DNA of 64,000 nt from Chiloscyllium plagiosum. Its lineage: Eukaryota. Below, in pieces: positions 11,700 through 24,450 of the stretch; positions within the stretch are counted from its first letter, which is position 1, and each line of letters starts with the position of its first letter. The notes beneath the pieces are model-generated. The model saw nothing but the letters and a program-made list of their open reading frames with translations. It was not told the origin of the DNA and did no database searches. Both the position numbers and the translations under genes were made by a program. Location of the stretch: positions 11,411,577 through 11,475,576 of the forward strand of contig NC_057735.1 in assembly GCF_004010195.1 (NCBI RefSeq). Reading direction: 5' to 3'.

Positions 11700-13577
11700 G
11701 TAAGAATTTCATGCAGCACCTCATCTGACATTTCACATTTACCTATCCTCATTTCAAATGCTAGTTTATTTATGGTTAGAAAACTAAGTGAGTTAATCTT
11801 CTGGATACACATCAAATTATTGCAGATGTTGGAAGTATGAAATAAAGAGAGAAATCCTTGAAATATTCAGTAGATCTGGCAGCAACTGTGACAGCAAATC
11901 AGAGCTCATAGGTGGAATCTTAATGTAGACTAAGTGACGGGAGTGATCATGAGATTCATGGCAGACATAGACAATAAGGCCCATCTCATCATCAGGAACG
12001 TCTTGCACCATCTTTCACGCTTCTGGAAAGTTGCAAGACTAGCTTCTCGCCAGGCAGTGGTGAGTTAAGCAGGATTATTGCTTATTGAACACTGTGTTAG
12101 AGGTCTAATTAATAGCCTCAGAAGCATTCAGTTTCCTATCTTGCCTAATACTTCAAACAAGCTAGACTTTGAGAGTTCTTCACATGAAGATACCTGATCA
12201 CTTCAGCTTGCCATTCATTCCAAAGGTCCTCTATATTGGACACTGGCCACTGACCTCTTGAGCATGTTCCAAAGGTATCAGCCTCAGATACCCGATTTTC
12301 CACAGACATTGGCATCCAATATGTACCAGCCTCCAAGAACCCTCATGACAAATCTCTGATCCACTGACAGATACTTCTTGCAATCCAACGCTGCACCTTG
12401 GGCTGCACCAACAACTATCATTGCAATGTTGCTGCAAGGAAACTTTGTTCTCAAGGGCACACACCTAGCTCATGGACTGCACCAGGATACATCTCCAGGC
12501 TCTTCACTTGCTCCCATAGCATTCGCTCACTCTGAACCAACCTGGATGCTCACGATATCCCTACATTGCATTGCTGTGTATTGCCTTCTTACATGCTATC
12601 CCCTCAGCCAAAGATACCAGACTCATCTTACTTCTGTCTTGCCTTACCGTTAAGCACAGAAGCAAAGACAAGAAGTTTGTCATGATTGTCAAGCCAAGGG
12701 AGGTAGTGTCTGGTCTGGGGGACCTGGCACAGGAAGTCAGGTCCAGCTTCCAATACTAGTCCAGGGACTTGGACACAGTCATTCTGCTGCTCTGGGCAGT
12801 GAGAACCAGGATGTTCTCCACAGGGAGGGGTGGAGGGCTGAACATCAGGAAGCCCATCAGCCATTTTCAGTCTTCCTGCCGGATTGTGAGCTGTTTTCCT
12901 TCTAGAATAAGAAAATGCCATTGCATTAGAGGAAGCAAAAGGGGATGCCATATTTACTACTTCAGCTGCAGGCTGTGTCCTGAATAGGTGATTGGGTTGA
13001 GCAGAGGGCATGCTAGGTTACTGGTGTTGGGGGTTGAAGTCAGTGGAAGCACATGACGGAAGCTGTTGCAGACAATACCTAACCTTGACCTCCCATGACC
13101 CCTGATATCCCTGCTGTCATCCTCTTGTCCCTTCCTCAATCATATTTTGATCTCAGTCACACTGACCCGAACTTCCTGTGTCAACTCTGCACCCACTGTC
13201 CCCACCATCATGACCCTGCTGGAGCTTGAGCTGAATTAGGATTTACACACTAATGTAGCAGTTCACCATACCTTCACCCCCGAAACAAGGGAACTGCTGC
13301 CATTGTTAGAAAGTTTATAAAGAATGTGAATAAGCAGTTGAAATGTCCCAATATCTAAGACTATGGGCTAAGTGCTGGAAAGATGCATTTAAATAGGTTG
13401 ACTTGATGGACTGAAGGACAGTGCTGAATGACTCCAAGCTTGTAAACTTGAGATCTCCTTAAGAGGTGTGAGGACAAGAAGCATTCAAAAGACAAACATT
13501 GAGTTGGCTTCAACATCTGATACCCCTGATTGCATCTGCTCAGAAATTGAGTTCATGGGGTTCCAAACTTGACCAGA

Positions 13578-13720
13578 AGATAGTGAGGACTGCAGATGCT
13601 GGAGATCAGAATCAAAGAGTGTGGTGCTGGACATTCCTGATGAAGGGTTTACGCTTGAAACGTCGGTTCTCCTGCTCCGTGGATGCTGCCTGGCCGGCTG
13701 TGCTTTTCCAGCTCCAAACT
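13578..13720. mobile_element. Short Penelope-derived element (family 2) with hammerhead-like core
   Basis: CTGATGAAGGGTTTACGCTTGAAACGTC at 13637; duplication CAAACTTGACCAGA at 13564 and 13724. Confidence 0.75.
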
Positions 13721-14653
13721 CTTCAAACTTGACCAGACCCAATCTTTCCACTTCCTTAAATTCCCAATCAAGTTGAGATGGTTGACTTTTGACCTTATTG
13801 TGTGAAATGCTTCTTCGATGTAACTGATCCCTACTCCCCATGTGGGTGAGAGCATCAATGATTAGCAAAGAGCAGTTAGAAAGCCAGTTAGACTATCACA
13901 TTCATACACTCATACAGAAATAAAAGGCAAAGAGCTAAATCTTGTGATATTTTGGCTAAGTGCCAATCTTGTCGCCTTTCATGGAGGAATTCTATCCATG
14001 AGGCCTATGGAATTTTCTCACACTGTCACATCAAACGTAGCTCATTATTTACCTGCTCCCCGTCTATAGTTCCCCCCCCCATCCAATGCTAGCCCAATTT
14101 CACCACTCAGTGTAGCAATAATGACTGGCTATTACCCAGACATTGCAAGAATGGACTGCCATCCCTGGTCCCAGGTGGCATTTTTGAAAAGATGTTGAGC
14201 ACCTGGTCAAGAACAGCCCAGAGCTGCCCTGCTTGGTTCATGACATTCATCAAGATATAGTAGAAAAGCAGAATTTGGTGCCCCACTTCATTGACAGGGA
14301 CCTGGAGATCCTGGAAGTTGGGATACTACGGAAGAAGGAAGCTCTTTTTCCGCAAGACTGGTAGAGGTGGGCACAGCTCCAGAGCCTACCTGCCTGGTCC
14401 AAATTTGCCACCCAGATCACGATGATCTCAGCCATCCAGAAAATGCCCAGCGCTCTCGGAATAAGGTCAATGGCCTTCTCCACTCTACAAGAGTAAGTGT
14501 CACTATCTTCTCTCTGCTACCACACCCACCTCCCACCAAGGCTCACACAGTACCACTATTGCATATCGTATCTTCCCTCACTTGTTTTTATCCAGCCCAA
14601 TTCCCCTACACGGCTAGCTGTACATGCCTCTGAACTATCTATCTACTCAAGCA

Positions 14654-14822
14654 GGCAAAAGTGAGGATTGCAGATGCCGGAGATTAGAGTCGAGAGTGTG
14701 GAGCTGGAAAAGCACAGCAGATCAGGCAGCATCAGAGAAGCAGGAAAATCAATGATTCAGGCAAAAGCCCTTCATCAGGAATGGTTGATTTTCCTGCTCC
14801 TCGGATGCTACCTGACCTGCTA
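14654..14822. mobile_element. Short Penelope-derived element (family 2)
   Basis: Same family sequence, partly inverted; duplication CTATCTACTCAAGCA at 14639 and 14826. Confidence 0.75.
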
Positions 14823-16302
14823 TGCCTATCTACTCAAGCACTCAGGACACTTTTTCCCCATTGCCCCAACACTAACAGCAGTGCCACCCAATTTCATCTC
14901 ACTCAATCCTTCTCGTTCCAGGAGGGAGCAGCCCACAAGAGGGCAGAAAGAGTCAAGACAGGTGGTGGGCTACCTGACATTTGGCTTCTCAACCCCTATG
15001 AGAAGAGGATTCGGATTGTGACTACCCCAAGGGATGAACTGACACTGCACAAACCTGGACTGACATTGGAAGCTGCCCATGACTTATTGTGCCAAGATCC
15101 CCTGAATGAAGGGGGTCTCCCTTGACATGACGGAGAACTACTCCCTGTAGACGTTGAGGCATGGCCATACAGTTGAAGCGCAATATCAAGTGCAATTGCT
15201 GTGTAGGCTGCAGGCACATAATGCAGGTACGAGATTGACATATTATAGTGCCATACAGCAACCTGTCTGATGACTGCCTACACTCATGACAAACAGCCTG
15301 GCACTAAAAGACAAGGCAGGGCATGGATGCTGTCAGTATCCAGGTAGGCTCAAAGTGATTGAGCACTATGACAGCAAGTGAGAAACTCTGAGGTGCAGCC
15401 TCCTCCAATCTGTGAGCTCTGTTCAAAGTATCTTTGCAACAACATTTTAACAATAGGTGCCGGTGCAGTACAAATTGCAGCATGGCATTGCAGCACAGTA
15501 CCTTAAGTGGGCCAGAGATGTGCCTTGAAGATGTGGAGAGGCTGACAGTTGTCAGATGCTAGTATCTGTGGGTGTGCATGTGGTCGATGCACTGAAGTGT
15601 GTCCTTGGGCATTGATGCTGGGTGTCCACTGGTCTGGATCACCCAGGCACTCATTCTGCCTTCCTTGCTGGGAATTCTTGGTCTCTACTTTCCAAGCTGC
15701 AGGTGGTGGGATAAGATCCTCATAATGAGCAGTGGGACTTGCAGTTAGTGAGGGTAATAAAGATAAAAATTATGCCGATTCATAGGCTCACGCCGCTCAG
15801 TAATGAGAATTTCACCTCAATGTCTTGAACTCTGTTGGAAAACATGAGTTAGGATCATGCAATACAGAAGAGGCCGTTTGGCCCATCAAGTCTGCACTAA
15901 CAAAGCTACACTAAATCTACACTAGTCCCACTTTCCAACATTACGCCATAGCCTTTTTTGCCCTGAATATCACAGAAGGGCTCACTCAACTTCTTTCGTG
16001 ATTCTCTTAGATTTTTCTTCATTGCCAATGTCATTCAGGGCCCTAGAAGATTCCACCCTCAGTTCAAGTTTCTTATGTTTCAGTTTGATAACCTTTCATT
16101 TGGGTTTAATAGTTCTTATGATGTAATGAAAAGTTGTGACTCCTTCACTTAATTATTCCTAACTCTCAAATAAAGTATGAAAGAGAGTAAAACACTAAAG
16201 TGTATAAATTAATAGTTCTTTATTAATCACAAATTTTGTATTTTGTTCTATATGAAAGTAGTCGCTACATATTTCAATGACAATTTGTTCATTTCTTAAA
16301 AG

Positions 16303-16403
16303 CCTTTCAGAGATTATGGTGAAGATATCACTTATGACATGGAAACAAGCAAATCCCTCAATTGGACGAAAGACTTTCCTACTTATATTTGTGATAAGCA
16401 AAA
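16303..16403 (+). CDS. Gene A cytoplasmic exon 2: PFRDYGEDITYDMETSKSLNWTKDFPTYICDKQ(N)
   Basis: atttcttaaaAG acceptor and AA|GTATGA donor; phase 0 to 2 fits both neighbouring exons. Confidence 0.65.
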
Positions 16404-16647
16404 GTATGAACAGAAGGAGTCTATCTAATTAGCAAGTACTGCTAATTCTGGAGAATGGAATCAATGATCTACAATTGGATTTCAATATTGCTTCTCTCAT
16501 CAATACTTTAAACTCTCATACTAACATCACAAGAACAGTCTGAAGGTTCCATTTTAATCAATGTTTTCATTCCCATCTGTTGCCTGGGAGATCGGCAAGA
16601 AATGTGGCTATTGTTGCTGATGTCATTAACAATCTGTTTCCTTGCAG

Positions 16648-16777
16648 TCCATCTTCATTTACTGGTAAATCCTTAATTAAAGGGACTAATGTCTATACTC
16701 AAATTTCAGCCAGAGAAATACCATATGGACAAATTGTATACTCATCCAGTGATGCTCCGACAATGATTCCTTGGTAA
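16648..16777 (+). CDS. Gene A terminal exon: PSSFTGKSLIKGTNVYTQISAREIPYGQIVYSSSDAPTMIPW*
   Basis: ctgtttccttgcAG acceptor, phase 2; ITIM-consensus IPYGQI; stop TAA ending at 16777. Confidence 0.75.
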
Positions 16778-16958
16778 ATTGTCTCTCTCTGCTTTTATGA
16801 ATTCTTTTTATAAAAACATTGTCGTCTTTACCAGATGTATCGTGTCATCAATTATGTGTATTGCATCAACTGTACACACAGCAAATTATTTGCACATCCA
16901 CTTATACAGTGGCAACAGAGAAAGAAGTTCAACTTGTTAACATATTAGATATTTTACT

Positions 16959-16964
16959 AATAAA
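16959..16964 (+). promoter_or_regulatory. Candidate polyadenylation signal of gene A
   Basis: AATAAA about 180 nt after the stop codon. Confidence 0.4.
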
Positions 16965-17459
16965 CTGTCAACTAAACAATATAAGTTCAAATATTTGGTG
17001 ATAATCTTCACATAAATGTACATTGAATGTACAGGGATGATATGTGACTCAGAAGGCATGTAAATGAATGCAATTTACATAGCCAGTTATTATTGAATGT
17101 TACTGTCTTAAAGTAGACAATCATTGGACTAAAAACAGTGATACAAGAAGGTAAGTTTTCATTAAGCTACCTGTTAATTCACTAAAAATGAAAGCTTCTT
17201 CTGAGCTCTAAAACATTGTTTGTTCAAATAACAATGTAAGGTCCATGTTTGTAAGGTCACAAAGAACATGCATGTATTATGATCACAGCTGATGTTATGA
17301 GTGGATAAATCAGACATCAGGCTGAAACCCGACTTGATAGATTTTTTTTGTTGGTTTTAACAAGATGATCTTACACTGGAACCTGAACACGCAATGCTGC
17401 AGATTTAGTTTTAACAATAAAACATTTTTTATAGAAAGAAATGAAAATACAATAGAATA

Positions 17460-17750
17460 GGGTGTTATGGTGGCTCAGTAATTAGGACTGCTGCCTCACA
17501 ACGCCAGGTTCAATTCCCACCTCTGTCTGTGTGGAGTTTACACATTCTCCCAGTGTCTGCGTGGGTTTCCTCCAGGTGCTCCGTTTTCCTCCCACAGTCC
17601 AAAGATGTGCAGGTTAGGTGAATTGGCCAAGCTAAATTACCTGTAGTGTTAGGTGCATTAGTCAGGGTAAAAATAGGGGAATGGGTCTAGTTGGGTTGCT
17701 CTTCGGAGGATCGGTGTGGACTTGTTGGGCCGAAGGGCTTGTTTCCACAC
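17460..17750 (+). mobile_element. HE1-like V-SINE
   Basis: Same head, core and tail as the 8507 copy. Confidence 0.85.
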
Positions 17751-20304
17751 TTTCTCAACCAAAGTATTTAAAGTTAACATGTTTAAGATTTCAAAATACA
17801 TAGCACAATGCAATCTTATTAATCTGAACTGTATAGAGTTTGACTTAGTTGTGGCCTCAATAATGAGAATTTGATAGCCTCTTCCTTGATTCTTCATACA
17901 GCTGAGCTTAGACTTTCTCAGCTTCATGTAATTTCTTCAAGGTTTTAATTGAACACTTCTGGGTTGGAATTTTTAAACTAAACTAACAATTCTGAAATAT
18001 CTCACTTTCTCAGGTATAACTGTTTCATATATCCAGTTCCAGCCAAGACATCTGAAAACTGACAAAACTGAAGCCCAAAAGCTCTTTTCAAGCTCTGGGT
18101 CTTTCCTTTAATCAAAAGAAAACCAATGCCATAATTCACTTGAGAAAGTGTGCCCCAGAGTCCCAGAGTTGTCACAAAAATTAAAGATTAATCAAATAGT
18201 CAGATTCACAGAAAACACTGTTATATATAACAAGAATCAATATTTATAATAGTGAATCGATTCTAACCAGAGGCAAACAAAATGATTAATTATCAAAATG
18301 TATAACTTACTCGCTAAAACTCTAACCCTGTGTTTAATCCTTCAACACACATCCAGACAGACTCAACAAACAAACAGGCATGGAAGTTAAAAATACAGGA
18401 ATGAAAACTGGGCAAAAGTAGATCAGTAACATCAATGCACAAGATTCAATGAGATATCCCTTTTGCTTCTTCCAAGACCTTCAGTTCTCCAATCACTTTA
18501 CTTCCACATCCTTTCACAGGGCATTTGAAGCAGTAATTGTACAATTTTCTGGTCGCTGCTGGGAGGCAACAGCTTTCAGTAACTGATGGGAGAAAATAGC
18601 CAGCTTTCTTTCAGGTTTTAGTTACTTAACTGCAAGTTGCTCAGCTCTTTAGCAGCCAATCAGAGAATTATTGTCCTGCTGATGATATCAGGCCCCTCAA
18701 CAGCTCCCGATTGCACAAACGAATCAGAAATCTGACTCTGGATCAAGCTTGCACCAATCCCCCGATGCCATGGCATCTTAGGCATCTACCCTCACTGCTT
18801 GAACAAAGCAACTGTATAAACACAACTCACAATGAGTTCCATCAACTTGTTTTTAAAAATGCAGCAGCTCTTTCTGCCAATATTGTTTTATAGCCGAATC
18901 TTCTTTTCTCATTTTGGTCCTTAATCCCAAATAAAGAAATATAAAATGATGTGTTTTTTACATCAACCTCTCTCCTTCTAAATTGAAACTTAATGTACAC
19001 TCTTTGCTTTGAAACTCTCCCAATGGAAACAAAAACTCATTGCACACTTGGAATTCTCTGTCTCTTGCGCTGCTTTTAAAATAAATCACCATGGCTTCAG
19101 AAATACATATAAGTTAATCCTTAAACCTCAGGCACACAGAAAACCCATAGTTCACAAGTTCAAAATCCAAACTTAAAAATAAATTATTAAAATATAGATA
19201 TATCACAACATCTTGTAATACATTTGGTATAATATAATATGGTCTTGAAAACAAGTTTACTGAACAATGCCAAGTATTCTATGACTGTTGAAGCTCCCAC
19301 CTTAATATTCACAATCGTGCTTTAAAGGGGTTTCTTTTTTACTTCACTCCTCCTCCATTATAGAAATAGAAAAAGGCCTGGTGAAAACTTTTAGTCTTCT
19401 GTAACAAGCAACTTGTTGATTCAATTTTTTTTTAATCTCATGTACTCTTGAGGTCTTCTGGTGCTGGACCAGAAACTACAGCTCAAATCCCACATCAGGA
19501 ATTGTTGACTATAAAAGATGCATTTGTTACATGTTCATTTAGGTTGATTGTCTGCCTGGAAATCTTCCCAATACGTCGTCGTCTGAATCTCCTGATTAAC
19601 CATCCTGCAGAAGGCAATGGCAAACCACTGCAGTAATTTGCCCATAAACATGGATCAATCTACAAAGGTTTCCAGGCTCAAACTTTGGAAAAATGAGGAC
19701 AGGAGAAATGACTGATCTTTAACCAAACAATATTTATCACGCATAGTATATATCTATTTATTCTGTGCCTAGCCTCGAGATGGCTGTGGTACCCAATGAT
19801 CAGCTCTGATAAACCTAAAATAGTTGAGGATGATTACAAGCATGGAAAAAAGAAATGATTATCCTTTACCAAATATATTCACATTTCCTCTAATAATGAA
19901 CATGATCTGAGCAACAACCATTTGGTAACATCTGTACCTCATAACCCTCAGTCAATGAGATAACTATCCATAGCATGGCCTCCATACCACTAACACTGCC
20001 AAATACCTATCAACATAAACTGGTAGGTTACCTGCTCATACAATAAAAGACCAAATGCTAAGTATGGGTGAAAAGTTAATTATTCCTCAACCGTGGTGGT
20101 TCATCAAGTAGTTACAGATTTCAGCAGTCAGGATACTCACAGCTAGCCTGGGTAAACAGAACTGCAACAAACACTAAAGAGGGTCAATGGTCTCCAGGAT
20201 AGAACAGACTTTTTGAAGTGCCTGTGTCACTTCAAAATCTATTTTTCTTCTTCGAGTAGATTCAGAATGTGATTTATGTGATGAATTTGAGCATTATATC
20301 TTGT

Positions 20305-20524
20305 GGGTGGCACGGTGGCACAGTGGTTAGCACTGCTGCCTCACAGCGCCAGAGACCCGGGTTCAATTCTCGCCTCAGGTGACNNNNNNNNNNNNNNNNN
20401 NNNNNNNNNNNNNNNNNNNNNNNNNNNNNNNNNNNNNNNNNNNNNNNNNNNNNNNNNNNNNNNNNNNNGGTGTGGACTTGTTGGGCCGAAGGGCCTGTTT
20501 CCACACTGTAAGTAATCTAATCTA
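20305..20524 (+). mobile_element. HE1-like V-SINE spanning an assembly gap (N 20384-20468)
   Basis: GGCACGGTGGCACAGTGGTTAGCACTGC head and AATCT tail. Confidence 0.85.
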
Positions 20525-21760
20525 ATAGAAAGCCACTTTGGCCAGGTTTAAGCAGTTACAGATTTCAGCCACCAACACAAACAGACCAATGGTTAAGTGA
20601 ATCAAGTGCCAAAGATCTGAGGCAGTGAACTTCATTGACCAGGTCAAGGCTTATTCAATCTGCCATTGACTGCTATTCATTTTGGGAAAAGCAGGAAATG
20701 GTTTTGAGGTCAATATTATGAGAGAGGGAGGGGAATGCAAGAGCAGATGGCCTGTGGAGATGGGGGTGCATATTCATGAAGTCCTTAAGATGGCAGGGCA
20801 AGGTAACAAGGCAGCTATGAGATCCTTGAGTTTGCAAATAGTATCATTAAATAGGAAACAGGAAGTTGTACTTGAACCTTTCCTAATCACAGATTTTACC
20901 TCACTTAAGGGAAGGAAATGGCCTAGTGGTATTATTGCTAGATTATTAATTCAGAACTTAGATAATGTTCTGGGGCACCAGGGTTTGAATCCTAGTCACA
21001 GTGGCATTTGAATCCAAAATCTGGACTTAAGCATCTAATAATGACCATTAGCTGACCAGCTCTGATGAAGAATCATCTAGACTCGAAATGTTAGCTTGCT
21101 GTCTCTCCAGGGATGCTGCCCGACCTGCTGTGATTTACAGCATTTTTTGTTTTCAGTATGATTTCCTGAGGTGCTTGGAGTCTGTTAAATTCAACAACAT
21201 GAGTGTCCGCTGCTTCTTCAGTGAAATTGACTGGAAGGGAAGCCTTTCACATTAAAAGTGAAGAGTTCCAGTCATGGTCAGGTGTGAGGTTACTGTTCAT
21301 CACACTGTTTCTCAGAGCCTCCTGTCTTTGAATAAGCGGGGATATCAATGTCTCCGCCAACAGTTCACCTGCCTGGCACTTCACTCCCCTCTGCTTTCAT
21401 CACAGCATGGCAATATGATACGGAGCTCTACCTACTATCTCTGACAAACAGTATGGGGAACAACAAAATGACACTGACACAGCAAGAGGAACTTTCTCCT
21501 CTGCTGTAAGACACTTGATAAAGCAAAGGAAAGCTCCAAGAGGGGAGGAACCCAAACCAGGCAGAGGATCATTTTCTTGATGTGTCTGAGCACCAATGTC
21601 TCAGGAGGTTCGGCTTATCTCAGCATGTCATTCATAGCCTTCCGCAACACTCCCTTCTTCACACTGGGCCAGATGGGCTACATTGCCAATGGCTGTTAAA
21701 ATGGCTGTCACTGAAGGAAGACACTCCCCAGCCACCACCTCACTCAGATCCTCAACTCTC

Positions 21761-22019
21761 CCTGAACCTATGCCTTCTCTTCTGCAAAGGAGAGAAAGTA
21801 GAGACAAATGAGGGTTAGGAATGCTGTTTGTGAATAGGAGGGACACTGGCAGAGAAACACAGTAAAATGTGACTACAGAAGGTTGCAGAATGTTCCTGAA
21901 CCTATGCCTTCTCTTCTGCAAAGTAGAGACGAATGAGGGTTAGGAATGCTGTTTGTGAATAGGAGGGACACTGGCAGAGAAACACAGTAAAATGTGACTA
22001 CAGAAGGTTGCAGAATGTT
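21761..22019. repeat. Near-perfect direct tandem duplication (~130 bp x2)
   Basis: CCTGAACCTATGCC...GCAGAATGTT repeated at 21761 and 21894. Confidence 0.9.
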
Positions 22020-22689
22020 GTGAGGTGTGGAGATGAAGTGCCAAGACAGAGAGTAATGTATGAAGCTGTGAGCTGTGCTCTCCTGAGGATGGCTGCTCAG
22101 AGAATCCTGGGAAAGACAGAGTGTGGGACTTGACGATTGAAAGTGTTGTGCCACTCATCTTTCCCATCCTCCTGACATCCTGATCTTGGCACATTGTCTC
22201 CACACTGGAGGAGCCTCACTTTCACTGCGGACCTCCTTCACTGCTGCTGTCTACAGCTGTTTGGCTGCTATGGTTGTTCTCTTCCTGCCATCCCTGGGAG
22301 AGCTGACCTCACTGCAGCTCCTCAGATCTTTGACCAAAGTGTCCACATTAGACTTGTAAGCAGCAGGGAGGGAGAAGTGCAATCTTCCCCGGTCTGATTG
22401 GAATTCTTATATTTTCTGCAGCCTCACAATCACTCTGAGACCCTCAGGTTCCTTTAATTAGAAATCAACCATTTGAGCCACCCCAACCTGCCTTATTCTC
22501 ACAAGATATGCTATTTAGAAATACAAATCAACAGAGTGCAGAATGGCTATGGTTACTTTAAGGCATGCATTCGGACATGGCCGAACTATTATTCCCACAA
22601 TTTTTAGGTACAAAACTTCCAAAAGGACAGGCAAACAGTACAAAAAGGTTTTGCAGCAAAGAAGATGATACAGAGGAAACAAGAATGGG

Positions 22690-23575
22690 ATTGAATTCTG
22701 TGACAATAGATGCATTGGTAGTTATCTTCCAAGAATCCTTAGATCCTGGATAAGTCCCAGACTACTGGAAAATTGACAATTAACGCCTTTATTTACAAAG
22801 GGAACCATTCGGAGAAAAGATAATTATTAGGCAGTCAGATTAACATATTTTATTGAAATTGTTAGAGTCTGTTACAAAGGACTTAAGAGCACAACATCTA
22901 GGAAAACATAAAATGATTAAGTAGAGTCAGTGTGACTTCACAGAAGGGAATGCATACCCAACAATTTATTAGAATTCTTTGAGAAAGTAATAAGTAGGAT
23001 AGATAAAGGGAATGTAGTGGATACATAATATTAAGAATTTCTGAACGGGTTTGAGAAGATGCCACTCATTAGACTACTTAATAAGAGAGGAGCTTATGGT
23101 TGGAAGTTGTATATTAGTATGGATTGAGGATTGTCTAAATAATAGATGTTAGATTTAGGATAAGGAGGGCATTTTTCTGTGCAATTTGTAAGTACTGGAG
23201 TGTCATGGAGATTATAATAATTCATAATATATATTAATGACTCGGATTAGAATGTACTATAGCCATTTGTGAATGACACAAAAATAGACATGATGTGGAG
23301 GAGCCAGTGTTGAACAGGGCTGGACAAAGTTAAAAGTCACATGGCTATAACTTCTGTGTCTTATCGTCTTATTCTCCACAACCACCTGATGAAGGAGCAG
23401 TGTTCCGAAAGCTAGTGCTTCCAAACAAACCTGTTGGACTACAACCTGGTGTTGTTTGATTTTTAAGAAACATAAAGGGGAAGGAAAGTGTTGAGGATGA
23501 CATATAGAGGACAGTTTAAGAACAAAATCTTGCCAGATGGAATATAATGTATTAAAATGTGAAGTTACACACTTC
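22690..23575 (+). mobile_element. Decayed CR1 ORF2 (RT) fragment interrupted by a family-1 Penelope-derived element (23292-23466)
   Basis: IFQESLD..P..W, L.FFE.V and C.V.H remnants; CTGATGAAGGAGC...CCGAAAGCTAGTG core at 23386. Confidence 0.75.
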
Positions 23576-24341
23576 TTGCTATCAAATTAATTTAATTTCT
23601 TACTAAACAGACAACCCTGGTTCCTCTGCCCATTTGCCTTTCCTTTCAATCAGATGTGAATCCTTGGATATTTCACTCCCAGCCCTAGTCCCCTTGCAAC
23701 CACTTTGTGAAACCCTCAGGAACATTTTGGCATTAATGAGATTATCATTCTACTGTGTGCTTAAACATCTTTTTTCATAAACTGTTAGTTTGGTTTAATT
23801 TTTTTTCATTATTTATTTTGTTAATAAACTTCAATTTTATGCATACAATCTGCAGCATTACATCCATAAATTTCAGCAAGCGACTGTGTTAATACTATTA
23901 AATAAAATATGATCTATGAAGCCAGGTTTCAGTCTGGGATCTGACTTGTCCTGTAGTAACTTGAACTCAGATCATAACATGGACCCAATACTAGACAATC
24001 ACTTTGCAATCACATCTTCAACTCATTCACACAGGATTAGCTGAAACCAGAATCAATTGCTGCATTTGGTGCTGTAATCTCTCAGCCCCCCATTCAGTTT
24101 CAGTGTATTTTGTTGCAATTGCCTCTAAATTTATCTTATTGTGCAACAGTCTAACCCAGTTAATGCAACCATTTCCTTTAATCCTAATCTAGAATGATCT
24201 GGTCACTAGCAACACAAGCAATTCAATGTAAAAATTTAATGCTGAGAAACAATGAATTATGACATTTAAGTGGTTCCATTAATGGGAGTGAACTCTGGGG
24301 AGAGTAATTTCAAAAACATTCATCAATTTGCGCCTTTATAG

Positions 24342-24450
24342 TGCCAACATGGAGCTCGACAATGGGACCAACCAGCAGCACAGCAGGAACTACTCAGCCT
24401 CCTGTTATAACGGCTCTCACCATGTCTTCCTTCACCATCAGCTCACCCAG
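24342..24450 (+). CDS. Orphan Ser/Thr/Pro-rich stalk exon: PTWSSTMGPTSSTAGTTQPPVITALTMSSFTISSP
   Basis: gcctttatAG acceptor and CAG|GTTCGT donor; phase 1 to 2, open frame; upstream flank homologous to the V-stalk intron of copies B and C; no V exon seen upstream. Confidence 0.65.

Larger units (their letters stand above)
11910..16058. mobile_element. Degenerate PIF/Harbinger-like DNA transposon in an intron of gene A
   Basis: Terminal inverted repeat GGTGGAATCTT (11911) / AAGATTCCACC (16047); frameshifted Myb/SANT-like remnant at ~14260-14495 (PHFIDRDLEIL...ALFPQD...AWSKFA...RNKVNGLL). Confidence 0.5.

Noticed and set aside
12145-15261. Numerous short overlapping ORFs as host genes
   Set aside because: No coherent protein signal; they lie within a decayed Harbinger-like element and Penelope-derived inserts
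21761-22019. 130-bp duplication as a functional element
   Set aside because: Lies in decayed TE-like sequence; near identity suggests a recent slip or an assembly overlap artefact
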